Source: Eubacteriales bacterium | GTDB taxonomy: Bacteria; Bacillota; Clostridia; Oscillospirales; CAG-382 | Assembly (NCBI GenBank): GCA_045589515.1 | Contig: JAZNPH010000045.1 | Coordinates: 5,560 to 69,559 of the forward strand | DNA: 64,000 nt | Direction: 5' to 3' | Shown: one piece after another, positions 20,223 to 28,873 of the stretch | Position numbering within the stretch: position 1 is the stretch's first letter | How the letters are laid out: each line of letters opens with the position of its first letter | The notes under the pieces: model-generated | What the model saw: only the letters and a program-made list of their open reading frames with translations | What the model was told of the DNA's origin: nothing | Database searches by the model: none | Position numbers and translations under genes: made by a program

Positions 20223-21164
20223 TTACTGTCTGCTGGTAAATTCCATAAGACGCTTGTTAAACTCTTCAGCTGTGTTGTAGCCCATTTTCTTCTGTCTGTG
20301 GTTCATGGCGGCGATCTCGATAATAACCGCCAGGTTTCTACCCGGTTTTACGGGGATAGTGATGGAAGGAATCTTGATACCAAGCAGATCGGTATATTCA
20401 GCTTCCAATCCGAAACGCTCATACTGCTTTTCGGAATCCCAAGGCTCGTAGTTGATCACCAAGTCGACCTTCTCAGTATCTTTAACAGCACCCATACCAA
20501 AAATACGGCAAACGTCAACAATACCAATGCCGCGAAGCTCGATGTAGTGTTTGATCAGCTCCGGAGCAGAACCAACTAAGGTCTTATCGGACACCCGTTT
20601 CAACTCAACGGCATCATCCGCAATAAGGCGGTGACCGCGCTTTACCAGCTCAATCGCGGTCTCGCTCTTGCCGATGCCGCTTTCGCCCATCACCAAAATA
20701 CCTTCGCCATAAACCTCCACCAAAACACCGTGGGTGGTGATTCGCTCTGCCAGCAGAACGTTCAACTCAGAGGTAATGGCAGCAACTACTTTAGAGGTGT
20801 AGCCCTGAGAGCGGTAAAGAGGAGTCTCATATCGCTCGGCCATCTCCTTCATTTCCGGGAAAATGGGAAGCCCCGCTGTAACAATCACCATCACAAGGCT
20901 GTGAGAAAAGAAGGCTTCCAAAGACGCCTTACGCTGTTCCAGCGGCAAAGAGCAAAGATAGCTATGCTCCATGTTGCCAATCACCTGGATACGCTCGTTT
21001 TCAAAATCCTTATAAAACCCCGCCAAAGGCAATCCCGGACGGCTGGTGTCGGAGCGGGAAATATAACGGTCGTCAATATCTGTGGGTTCATAAATGGTCT
21101 CAAGCGAAAATTTATCGACGATAGCGCGAAGTTTTTCCTTGTGCTTAGGTCCTTTCATCTGCAT
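20223..21164 (-). CDS. hprK: HPr(Ser) kinase/phosphorylase
   Basis: Walker A GESGIGKSETA, followed by LIADD and the ELRGIGIVDV signature. Confidence 0.92.
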   Translation of the reverse strand: MQMKGPKHKEKLRAIVDKFSLETIYEPTDIDDRYISRSDTSRPGLPLAGFYKDFENERIQVIGNMEHSYLCSLPLEQRKASLEAFFSHSLVMVIVTAGLPIFPEMKEMAERYETPLYRSQGYTSKVVAAITSELNVLLAERITTHGVLVEVYGEGILVMGESGIGKSETAIELVKRGHRLIADDAVELKRVSDKTLVGSAPELIKHYIELRGIGIVDVCRIFGMGAVKDTEKVDLVINYEPWDSEKQYERFGLEAEYTDLLGIKIPSITIPVKPGRNLAVIIEIAAMNHRQKKMGYNTAEEFNKRLMEFTSRQ

Positions 21165-21849
21165 TTTTTGCTTCCTCCTGTAATTCGGTCGAAGAGCGAT
21201 TCTTAAGCCATTCGTTCAACCACATAGCGCCAAGAACGGAAAAAATAATCGCCAAAGGGATCAACACGCTTAATACCATAGTCGCTTTTGTATTGCCAAA
21301 AAGTCCGGCGAAAAGGGTGGCGTATTTGTAGAGCAGCACTTCCCCGCCATATACAATTCTGGTAGCAATATTAATCAGGACATTCGCCCCTTTTTCATAC
21401 TCCGGAGCTTCCAACAGCATGGATTGTGTTTCCAAAAAACCGCGAATAGCAAACTGATATGCGATCAAAACGGAAGCAATAAAATCCAATGCAAAGAAGA
21501 TGAATGCCGTATTCCGATATCGAGTAGCGTTTCGTTTCATAGCGACATCGGAAAGAGAGATCGGGTTTTCGGAAACGAAATACGCCCACAAGGAATACGT
21601 TGTTGCCAAAGCTTCTCCCTTACGCTCGTGAGAAGAAATGAGCGCAAGCCCATTCTCGCTTTCGGGAGAGCAATCTAACCATTCTACGCTGTAATACAAA
21701 ACATCATCGGTCATCTCAAAGGTATAGGAATTCTCCCCGCGAAAGAGCAAACGATACCCCTGCTTCCCGAGCTGATTTAACCAAAGACACTCATTTACAG
21801 AAGAGAAGAATCGTTTTTTGATTGTTTTTTGGGGAATCATAGCTTCCAC
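21145..21849 (-). CDS. membrane protein, DUF2812-like
   Basis: N-terminal soluble region (WLNQLGKQGYRLL...) followed by TM helices, as I remember for DUF2812 proteins. Overlaps the hprK start by 20 nt. Confidence 0.35.
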   Translation of the reverse strand: MEAMIPQKTIKKRFFSSVNECLWLNQLGKQGYRLLFRGENSYTFEMTDDVLYYSVEWLDCSPESENGLALISSHERKGEALATTYSLWAYFVSENPISLSDVAMKRNATRYRNTAFIFFALDFIASVLIAYQFAIRGFLETQSMLLEAPEYEKGANVLINIATRIVYGGEVLLYKYATLFAGLFGNTKATMVLSVLIPLAIIFSVLGAMWLNEWLKNRSSTELQEEAKNADERT

Positions 21850-21999
21850 GCGAACGACCTCCTAAATATACATAAACTCATATTGATTTATTATACCCGC
21901 TTTGTTTCGATTTGTCAATGTTATAACATGGATTTTCCAATGGTTTTTCCTTCCCTTTTCAAAAAATAATTATTTTTTGCGAATTTTTGAAAAACATAC

Positions 22000-22028
22000 T
22001 TGCAAAGGCGTCTCTTTTATGATATACT
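22000..22028 (+). promoter_or_regulatory. sigma-A-type promoter for the SRP RNA gene
   Basis: TTGCAA (22000-22005), 17-nt spacer, TATACT (22023-22028). Confidence 0.55.
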
Positions 22029-22042
22029 ACACTTTGTGAAAA

Positions 22043-22340
22043 CGGGATATGGAATATGGCCATACTATCCGGGGAGTTAGCGGTGCCTTGTACCTGCAAT
22101 CGGCTCCAGCAGGGGTGATATGCCAGCATGAGGGCAAAGTTTGTGTCGCTGCATCCATACAAAGCCGTTGAGAAATGGGTCCTGCGCAATTCGCACCTGT
22201 GAACCATGTCAGGTGGGGAACCAAGCAGCATTAAGCAGATCTGCGGATGTGCCGTGGGGCAGCCTGTTTTGAGGCCGAGTATGGGTTTCCGGATGGAGAT
22301 TTTGTTCGAACTTGGCTGTATGGTCATATTGCGTATCCCG
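22043..22340 (+). ncRNA. ffs: signal recognition particle RNA, long Bacillus-type (scRNA, with Alu domain)
   Basis: AGCGGTGCCTTGTACCTGCAATCGGCTCCAGCAGGGG matches the Alu-domain start of B. subtilis scRNA. The domain IV motif GTCAGGTGGGGAACCAAGCAGC lies at 22208-22229. 5' GGGATATGGAATATGGCCATAC pairs with 3' GTATGGTCATATTGCGTATCCC. Position is immediately upstream of dnaX. Ends are approximate. Confidence 0.85.
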
Positions 22341-22353
22341 TATTTTATAGGAG

Positions 22354-23889
22354 GTGGAGCCCGTGTATCAAGCTTTATACAGAAAATGGAGACCGCGCAC
22401 ATTCGATGAGATCTCAGGGCAACAGCACATCACAAAGATCCTTCGCTTGCAATGCATGGAAGATCGTGTATCGCACGCCTACTTGTTCTGCGGCACCAGA
22501 GGCACCGGCAAAACCTCTACTGCAAAGATTTTGGCAAAAGCGGTCAACTGCGAGAATCCCATTGACGGGAATCCTTGCAATTGTTGTTATGCCTGCACCT
22601 CTATCGACAGCGGTAATGCCACCGACGTTTTGGAAATCGACGCAGCCAGCAACAACGGCGTTGACGACATCCGTGATCTGCGCGACGAGGTGGTCTATCC
22701 CCCGTCCATGCTTAAAAAACGGGTTTATATCATCGACGAGGTTCACATGCTTTCCACCGGCGCATTCAATGCGTTGTTGAAAACTTTGGAAGAGCCTCCG
22801 GAATACATCGTCTTTGTGCTTGCAACTACAGAGCTAAACAAGCTGCCCGCCACCATCATTTCACGCTGTATTCGTTTTGATTTCAGTCGCTTGAGTGAAG
22901 AGATCATTGAAGAACGTTTGAATTACGTTGCACAGCAGGAGCAAATCCATTTGGGTGAAGGCGCTTCTGCATTGCTCGCAAGATTAGCCGACGGCGCATT
23001 ACGAGACGGTCTTTCGATTTTGGAAGCTTGCACTTCGGGTGTGGGCGACGGCAACGAGATCACTGCAGAGGCTATTCGAGAACGACTGGGAATTGCCGAT
23101 GCCGATCAGCTTTTGGCCTATTACCGAGGGATCTGCCAAAAAGATACCCCCTCCGCCCTAACAATTCTCGATGAAGTGCACGGCTCCTCCAAAGATATTA
23201 CTATTTTTCTGGAAGATGTCTCTGCCCTTGCTCGTGATTTATTGGTTCTCAAACAGCTTAAAGGCGGTACCACAAGAAGCGGTCTTATCCGCTTTCAAAA
23301 GGAAGCAAGGCAATTGCTTGAAGAATACCCCGATATACTCACTACGGAAGCTCTTTTCTATATTTGTTCCGTGCTTGAGGATACATTGGGACGCATTTCC
23401 AAGTACGCCACCAATAAAAAAATGTTATTGGAATTCGCAACCATTAAGCTGTGCGATTTTACGCTGTCGGATAGCAACAAGGCTTTGTTGGCAAGGCTTT
23501 CCAGATTAGAGAAGCTGTTGGCCAACGGAGGCGTTCAACCTCTTTCTTCTATGCCTGTTGTTGAAAAAACGATAGAAAAACCTCAACAGGTCGAAAAGAA
23601 GCCGTCTCCCGAGAGGAAGAGCAGCGAAGCGTTTACAAAATACGCAGAGCTTGCTGAAGAGATGATGGGGCATCCCGATCTACTCCCCTATATTCAAAAG
23701 ATTAAGGTATCCATAGAGGATGGAAAGTTCGTAATCACTGCCGATGGCTTTACCAATCAAATGTTACAGCTTGGTTCTAATCCTCAAGCCTTGAACGAGG
23801 CAATACGCATGGTGACAGGCCGAGCTTATGAAATCGTATTCCGCGACCGTACAAAAGCCATTGAAGAAGACCCCTTGAACGAATTATAA
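22354..23889 (+). CDS. dnaX: DNA polymerase III subunit gamma/tau
   Basis: YQALYRKWRPRTFDEISGQ, Walker A GTRGTGKTS, zinc module CENPIDGNPCNCCYAC. The real start may be the GTG at 22363 (MYQALY...), 7 nt after AGGAGGTGG. Confidence 0.93.
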   Translation: MEPVYQALYRKWRPRTFDEISGQQHITKILRLQCMEDRVSHAYLFCGTRGTGKTSTAKILAKAVNCENPIDGNPCNCCYACTSIDSGNATDVLEIDAASNNGVDDIRDLRDEVVYPPSMLKKRVYIIDEVHMLSTGAFNALLKTLEEPPEYIVFVLATTELNKLPATIISRCIRFDFSRLSEEIIEERLNYVAQQEQIHLGEGASALLARLADGALRDGLSILEACTSGVGDGNEITAEAIRERLGIADADQLLAYYRGICQKDTPSALTILDEVHGSSKDITIFLEDVSALARDLLVLKQLKGGTTRSGLIRFQKEARQLLEEYPDILTTEALFYICSVLEDTLGRISKYATNKKMLLEFATIKLCDFTLSDSNKALLARLSRLEKLLANGGVQPLSSMPVVEKTIEKPQQVEKKPSPERKSSEAFTKYAELAEEMMGHPDLLPYIQKIKVSIEDGKFVITADGFTNQMLQLGSNPQALNEAIRMVTGRAYEIVFRDRTKAIEEDPLNEL

Positions 23890-23908
23890 ATGCGAAAGGA
23901 TAAATATC

Positions 23909-24256
23909 ATGAAAGTAAGATTACCTAAAGGAATGGGCGGCGGCCCTTCCGACATGAATTCCATGATCCGCCAAGCGCAAAAAATGCAGGAACAAATGGC
24001 AGAAAAGCAGGCCGAATTGGATGAACGCGAATACGATGTTCAAGCAGGCGGCGGTGTAGTTGCTGTTAAGATCAAAGGTACCAAAGAGATTTTGGATATC
24101 TCCATTCAGCCCGAGATCATTGATCCCGATGATCCCGAAACCTTACAAGATATTCTCGTTGCCGCAATCAACGAGGCTATCAAGAAGGTCGAATCCACCA
24201 ACGAGCAGGAAATGAGCAAGATCGCAGGCGGAATGAACGTTCCGGGAATGTTCTGA
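23909..24256 (+). CDS. ybaB: YbaB/EbfC nucleoid-associated protein
   Basis: 115 aa with ...MIRQAQKMQEQM...VKIKGTKEILDISI... Canonical dnaX-ybaB-recR order. Confidence 0.9.
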   Translation: MKVRLPKGMGGGPSDMNSMIRQAQKMQEQMAEKQAELDEREYDVQAGGGVVAVKIKGTKEILDISIQPEIIDPDDPETLQDILVAAINEAIKKVESTNEQEMSKIAGGMNVPGMF

Positions 24257-24257
24257 T

Positions 24258-24845
24258 ATGACGCCCGCTCTCGAAAAACTGATTGCTCATTTTGCTGCGC
24301 TGCCTTCCATCGGAAGAAAAAGCGCAGTTCGTTTGGCGTACCATGTTCTTGACATGAGCGACGACACTGTTGCCGATTTTGCAAACGCATTGTTGGATGT
24401 AAAAAAGTCGATTGGCCTGTGTACCGTTTGTCAGTGCTACAGCGAGACAGAGATCTGTCGTTTTTGTGACGACGGGACAAGGGAAAGCAACGTGATTATG
24501 TGTGTGGAAGATAACCGTGCTTTGGAAGCTATCGAAGCTCTTCACGAATACCGCGGAAAGTACCACGTTTTGCACGGTGTCATCTCCCCCATCGATGGCG
24601 TCGGTCCCGATAAGCTGAAGATCAAGGAGCTTTTGGCACGACTTGACGACCGAGTTGAAGAAGTAATCATCGCAACAAATCCCAGTGTGGAAGGCGAGGC
24701 TACCGCGATGTATCTTGGAAGGCTGTTAAAGCCCCTGGGAATCAAAGTAACGCGCCTTGCGTACGGACTGCCCGTCGGCGGAACTTTGGAATACGCTGAC
24801 AATACAACTCTTCTGAAAGCCATTGAGGGCAGAACAGAAGTATAA
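24258..24845 (+). CDS. recR: recombination protein RecR
   Basis: Helix-hairpin-helix N-terminus LPSIGRKSAVRLAYH, C4 zinc finger CTVCQCYSE..CRFC, Toprim VEDNRALEAIE. Confidence 0.95.
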   Translation: MTPALEKLIAHFAALPSIGRKSAVRLAYHVLDMSDDTVADFANALLDVKKSIGLCTVCQCYSETEICRFCDDGTRESNVIMCVEDNRALEAIEALHEYRGKYHVLHGVISPIDGVGPDKLKIKELLARLDDRVEEVIIATNPSVEGEATAMYLGRLLKPLGIKVTRLAYGLPVGGTLEYADNTTLLKAIEGRTEV

Positions 24846-24856
24846 AAGTATTCATA

Positions 24857-24889
24857 GCAAAAAGCTGTCCTGCTCGGACAGCTTTTTTC
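24857..24889. terminator. bidirectional intrinsic terminator (ends recR on + and the pil-cohesin-TCS-kinase string on -)
   Basis: aaaagctgtcc-tgctc-ggacagctttt perfect 11-bp stem flanked by an A-run and a T-run. Confidence 0.8.
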
Positions 24890-24891
24890 GT

Positions 24892-25671
24892 TTACTTCTT
24901 TTTTGAATTGTTTTGCTTCCCTTTGAGATAGGGATTATCGCCATAGCCGTAGCCATAATCGCCCTTACCATACCCATAACGATAGTATTTTTTATAATAC
25001 TTCCCGTATCTATAGTAAGACCCTTTATAAAAACGGCTGTTGTGGATCGTCACTCGGTTCAAAACAGTTCCGAGAACAGGACAACCGCTTTTCTCAAGCT
25101 GCTCCAAAACGTTCTTGGCAAAATGTCTGCTGATGGTATTTGCACAGATTACCAATACAGAACCGTCACAATTCTTCGCGACAACGGCGGCATCAATAAC
25201 GGCCCCCAAGGGAGGAGTATCCACAATGATCATGTCGTATTGAGACTTCAGTTCCTCCAACAATTGAACGAATGCTGAGGAACCGAGAAGTTCTACAGGA
25301 TTGGGCGGCACAACGCCGGCAAACAAAATATCCAAATTGGAAAACTGTGTTTTACAAACGCATTCTTCAAAAGAATTTGTCTTGGAAATAACGCATGTGG
25401 TTCCCAAAGATACATCCTCGCCGAGTAACCGTCTGGCCATAACAGATTTTCTCAGGTCGGTATCTAAGAGCAGAACACGCTGGCCATCCTCCGCAAATGC
25501 TTTTGCGATTCCAAAGGAAACGGTGGTCTTACCATCGCTTTGTAAGCATGAGGTGACCATGATCACTTTATGATCCGCACCGCAAAAGCGAATATTGGTA
25601 CGTAAGGTCTTGAACGCCTCGGAAATTCTGTAATCATCCTGAAAATCAATCTGCACTTGAATTTGTTTCAT
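24892..25671 (-). CDS. CpsD/CapB-family bacterial tyrosine kinase (BY-kinase), cytoplasmic subunit
   Basis: Walker A SCLQSDGKTT, Walker A' LLLDTDLR, Walker B IIVDTPP. The Tyr-cluster C-terminus reads YYRYGKYYKKYYRYGYGKGDYGYGYGDNPY. Confidence 0.88.
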   Translation of the reverse strand: MKQIQVQIDFQDDYRISEAFKTLRTNIRFCGADHKVIMVTSCLQSDGKTTVSFGIAKAFAEDGQRVLLLDTDLRKSVMARRLLGEDVSLGTTCVISKTNSFEECVCKTQFSNLDILFAGVVPPNPVELLGSSAFVQLLEELKSQYDMIIVDTPPLGAVIDAAVVAKNCDGSVLVICANTISRHFAKNVLEQLEKSGCPVLGTVLNRVTIHNSRFYKGSYYRYGKYYKKYYRYGYGKGDYGYGYGDNPYLKGKQNNSKKK

Positions 25672-26525
25672 GACCGAGCGCCCTCCTTTCTTCCCGCGGA
25701 TTTCTTATGTTTCTCCTCAGTGATTTCCGTTTCGGGAATCATCGCCAATACAGGAAGGCCTAAGTATTTTTCCACGTCTTCAGAGGTATTGATCTTGTCG
25801 TCGCGTAAGTACAACAGTACTAAAACACCCGCTACGAGAGCCATACCAACCAAAGCTGCAAGAACAGCCAAGGTATAACGCTTGGAAGATGCAGGCATAT
25901 AAGATAAGCGAGGCTGTTCGTCAATGGCCACCTCTTCCACTCCAAAGAAGTCGGAAAGGCTGACCAGCGATGCTTTCAAAACGGCATTAGTCGCAGCGTA
26001 AGAGAGGATGGGATCGGTAGACTGTACAACCACTCGCAAATAATGCGTATTTTCCACATTCTCGATAGAAGTGGCAGATCGCAAGGTCTTCCAGTCAACG
26101 GATGCACAGATCTGACGAATGTACGATTCAAGCTCTGCCTCGTTTACCTGATTGGTGGCATCGAGATACACAGCTCGAAGCTCCTCCGGCAACAAGTCAA
26201 CTGCTTTGCGGAAATTTTCTTCCGTGGTCACACGGTAAATGTAGTCATCCATAACCATGCCGGTATAACTGATTTCGCTACTTCCGAACTGATTTTCCTT
26301 CTTTTCTACAAGGAAAATACTGCCGTAGGATTCATAGGTATCTACATAAGTTGCATCCGTATATACCATTGCAACACCGCCAAAAAGAATGGCTACCAGC
26401 AGAACCAGCCACCATTTCCCTATGACGGAAAGAAAGATATCCCAAATGGCAACGGTATTTTCTTGTTCGGATGCTTCCGAAGTATAATTCGTTACTTTCT
26501 TATTCTCCACAATACACCAACCCAA
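25668..26525 (-). CDS. Wzz/CapA/YwqC-type transmembrane modulator of the BY-kinase (polysaccharide co-polymerase fold)
   Basis: Two TM helices flank an extracellular domain. The C-terminal activator tail is ...DVEKYLGLPVLAMIPE. A 4-nt overlap links it to the kinase gene. Confidence 0.8.
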   Translation of the reverse strand: MGWCIVENKKVTNYTSEASEQENTVAIWDIFLSVIGKWWLVLLVAILFGGVAMVYTDATYVDTYESYGSIFLVEKKENQFGSSEISYTGMVMDDYIYRVTTEENFRKAVDLLPEELRAVYLDATNQVNEAELESYIRQICASVDWKTLRSATSIENVENTHYLRVVVQSTDPILSYAATNAVLKASLVSLSDFFGVEEVAIDEQPRLSYMPASSKRYTLAVLAALVGMALVAGVLVLLYLRDDKINTSEDVEKYLGLPVLAMIPETEITEEKHKKSAGRKEGARS

Positions 26526-26586
26526 AAATATTTACTGAAATATTATAACCAATTCGCAAAACGAGGACAAGGCGATTCGTGACGTT

Positions 26587-28131
26587 CTACTCCTCTTCCC
26601 CGGCGGGAATTGCAACCTTGATCTCAAAAACGCCCTCGGCAAAGAAAGGTACAGCAACGCCTCCGTATTTTTCCGCAATCTCATAAATGATCTGTAACCC
26701 CAAGCCATGACGGGTTCCGTCTTCCTTTGTGGTGTGGAACAAGCCGTTGTCCGCCACCCGGGGCTCTTTAATATAAGGATTGCGACAATCAATACGCATT
26801 ACGTTTTTTTCCATACGGATCATGATCTCAACCCATCGTTGATCCTCGGGCAAAAGGGATACAGCCTCCAAAGCATTTTGAAGGATATTATTCAACTCGC
26901 TGGCAATATCAGTATCCTTGATATCCAGCTTGGACGGCAAAACGGCATGGCAGCGAAAATCAGCGCCAAGCTTTTCGAAGCGCTCCTCGAACATCAAAAG
27001 CAGATAATTTGTCAGAATATGTCTGCAATATTGATCTGCACGAACCGTGGCAATATAATCTGTCATATTACCAAGGTATTCTTCCAACTGCCCATACTCT
27101 CCGTTTTTGCAAAGCATGGCAGCAACATTCAAGGTATTGGAAATATCGTGCTTGATTTTTCGTACAGAATCCTCGTATCTTTGAAGATTCTGCGCGTATT
27201 CCATATTGGCCTCGTCCCTCGAACGCAGCGTTTGCAATTGCAAAGTGTGCTGATGGTACTGCCTAAGGTAATTGACGATGATCAGGACTGAAGTTCCGAA
27301 AAAAACGATCGGATCCAGGACATTGGCACGCACCCAATTTAGCGAAAGATCGAACGTCACCAGTTCGTCCCTTACACGTGCGACGGAAAAACCGTTCCTA
27401 ATCAACACAACTACCGCATGAAAAACGATCACGGTAAAGAAAGATAGTACAAAAGCCGATCCGAAGGAACGCAGGAAGACGTTTTTCGACTTCCATTCCA
27501 GAAGAGAAAACAAAATCCCAAGAGCAAAGCAGAAAATAAACGCGATATCGCTGACAGTACTAAACCAAAATATCGTGCTTGACTCCATATTCCACGCCAA
27601 TGCAAACAGCAAGGCGGATGAAGCAAAACAATTTGCCAACACGAACGGTATATAGAAACGATCGTATCGACGCATATAGTAGATCAGGCACAAAAGTAAC
27701 GGCAGGACAGAGAGCTGCCCAAGTCCATCAGCGACCTGAGAAAACACGTGCGGTCTTGCGGCAGACAGCAAACGTCCGATCTTACCCAAGCAACTCAAAA
27801 CGCCCAACGAGGAACACCAGATCAACAAAACCGGAATTAACTGGAATTTATTCTCCCAGGCATTCATTAGGAAGACCACGCACATACATGCCAGCAGCAA
27901 CAAGAAAAAGCACATGGAGAAGAAATAGCCAATATAGGAATACCATTCCTCAAAAATCACATAGATTTCTTGAGAATCCGCCAACGCTGCCAAATCCCGC
28001 GGCAAACTGTCAAAGGAGAGAATGGTCATAATCTCCACAGCCAGAATAGCGGTAATCCCCAGCACGGAAAGTATAAACAGTCTTCTTTTTCGCCACCAAG
28101 CGGAAAAAGAGATCCTCTCTACCCGTTTCAT
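26587..28131 (-). CDS. AgrC/HPK10-like sensor histidine kinase (multi-TM sensor plus GHKL ATPase)
   Basis: About 6-7 N-terminal TM helices, H-box KIKHDISNTLN, N-box NILQNALEA, G-box HGLGLQI. Overlaps the LytTR regulator gene (ATGA). Confidence 0.8.
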   Translation of the reverse strand: MKRVERISFSAWWRKRRLFILSVLGITAILAVEIMTILSFDSLPRDLAALADSQEIYVIFEEWYSYIGYFFSMCFFLLLLACMCVVFLMNAWENKFQLIPVLLIWCSSLGVLSCLGKIGRLLSAARPHVFSQVADGLGQLSVLPLLLCLIYYMRRYDRFYIPFVLANCFASSALLFALAWNMESSTIFWFSTVSDIAFIFCFALGILFSLLEWKSKNVFLRSFGSAFVLSFFTVIVFHAVVVLIRNGFSVARVRDELVTFDLSLNWVRANVLDPIVFFGTSVLIIVNYLRQYHQHTLQLQTLRSRDEANMEYAQNLQRYEDSVRKIKHDISNTLNVAAMLCKNGEYGQLEEYLGNMTDYIATVRADQYCRHILTNYLLLMFEERFEKLGADFRCHAVLPSKLDIKDTDIASELNNILQNALEAVSLLPEDQRWVEIMIRMEKNVMRIDCRNPYIKEPRVADNGLFHTTKEDGTRHGLGLQIIYEIAEKYGGVAVPFFAEGVFEIKVAIPAGEEE

Positions 28132-28838
28132 AATGCGCCGATCATGGAAGCAAAGCGCTCCTGCGCCTCTTTATACGAGGGCTTGGCGATGGGAATAATG
28201 GACCCGTCGGTCATGATAAAACGATAGTTCTGCAAACGATGCACATAGCTCATATTTACAGCATAGCTTCTGTGACACTTGAAGAAATAGCTCCCCGGGA
28301 GCTCGGGAACAAACTCCGAAAAAACGCCGGAAAAGCGCAAGGTTTCCCCATTGTTCAGCTGCATTACGATGTCATGCCCCATGGATTCCAGATACAAAAT
28401 GCTTTCATATTGAACTACGGTTCTACCCTTGTATTTATCGTTGATCATAAACGTAGGACGCTTTAAATAGAGGGTCAGGATACGATCCAACAACGCGTGG
28501 ACATCCTTCTTTGAAATGGGTTTAGCAAGAAAAGTGATGGGATAAATGGAAAAAGCTTCCAATGCATAGTCGGTATTCGAGGACACAAAAACAATATTGG
28601 TGTCATCGCTTCGCTCTCTCATTTGCTTTGCAAATTCCATCCCGGAATCACTGCGAATCATAATATCCAAGAACAAAAGATCGAACTTCTGCTCCTTCTG
28701 CGCGCGTTCCAACTCAAACAGAGCCGTAAAAGCGTCCACACTGTACGGATAATTACGATATTCCATATATTCGGTGATATATTCCACCATACTATCATTG
28801 AAAACGCGTTCGTCGTCACAGATCGCAATACGGAACAT
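28128..28838 (-). CDS. LytR/AlgR-family response regulator (REC plus LytTR DNA-binding domain)
   Basis: MFRIAICDDE..., phospho-acceptor context LLFLDIMI, and a C-terminal LytTR region (ILYLES...FFKCHRSYAVNMSYV). Confidence 0.9.
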   Translation of the reverse strand: MFRIAICDDERVFNDSMVEYITEYMEYRNYPYSVDAFTALFELERAQKEQKFDLLFLDIMIRSDSGMEFAKQMRERSDDTNIVFVSSNTDYALEAFSIYPITFLAKPISKKDVHALLDRILTLYLKRPTFMINDKYKGRTVVQYESILYLESMGHDIVMQLNNGETLRFSGVFSEFVPELPGSYFFKCHRSYAVNMSYVHRLQNYRFIMTDGSIIPIAKPSYKEAQERFASMIGAL

Positions 28839-28873
28839 AGAAGCCTCCTAAAAGAACGATTTGCAAGAGTTAT

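Noticed and set aside
21959-22409. 147-aa (-) and 67-aa/177-aa (+) ORFs around 22.0-22.8 kb
   Set aside because: They overlap the SRP RNA gene and the dnaX 5' end. The region is explained by the ncRNA and dnaX.
23410-23425. A7 run (aataaaaaaatg) inside dnaX, considered as a programmed frameshift site producing gamma
   Set aside because: There is no downstream stem-loop or in-frame stop pattern like the E. coli site, and the position is late in the gene. No support for a frameshift was found.
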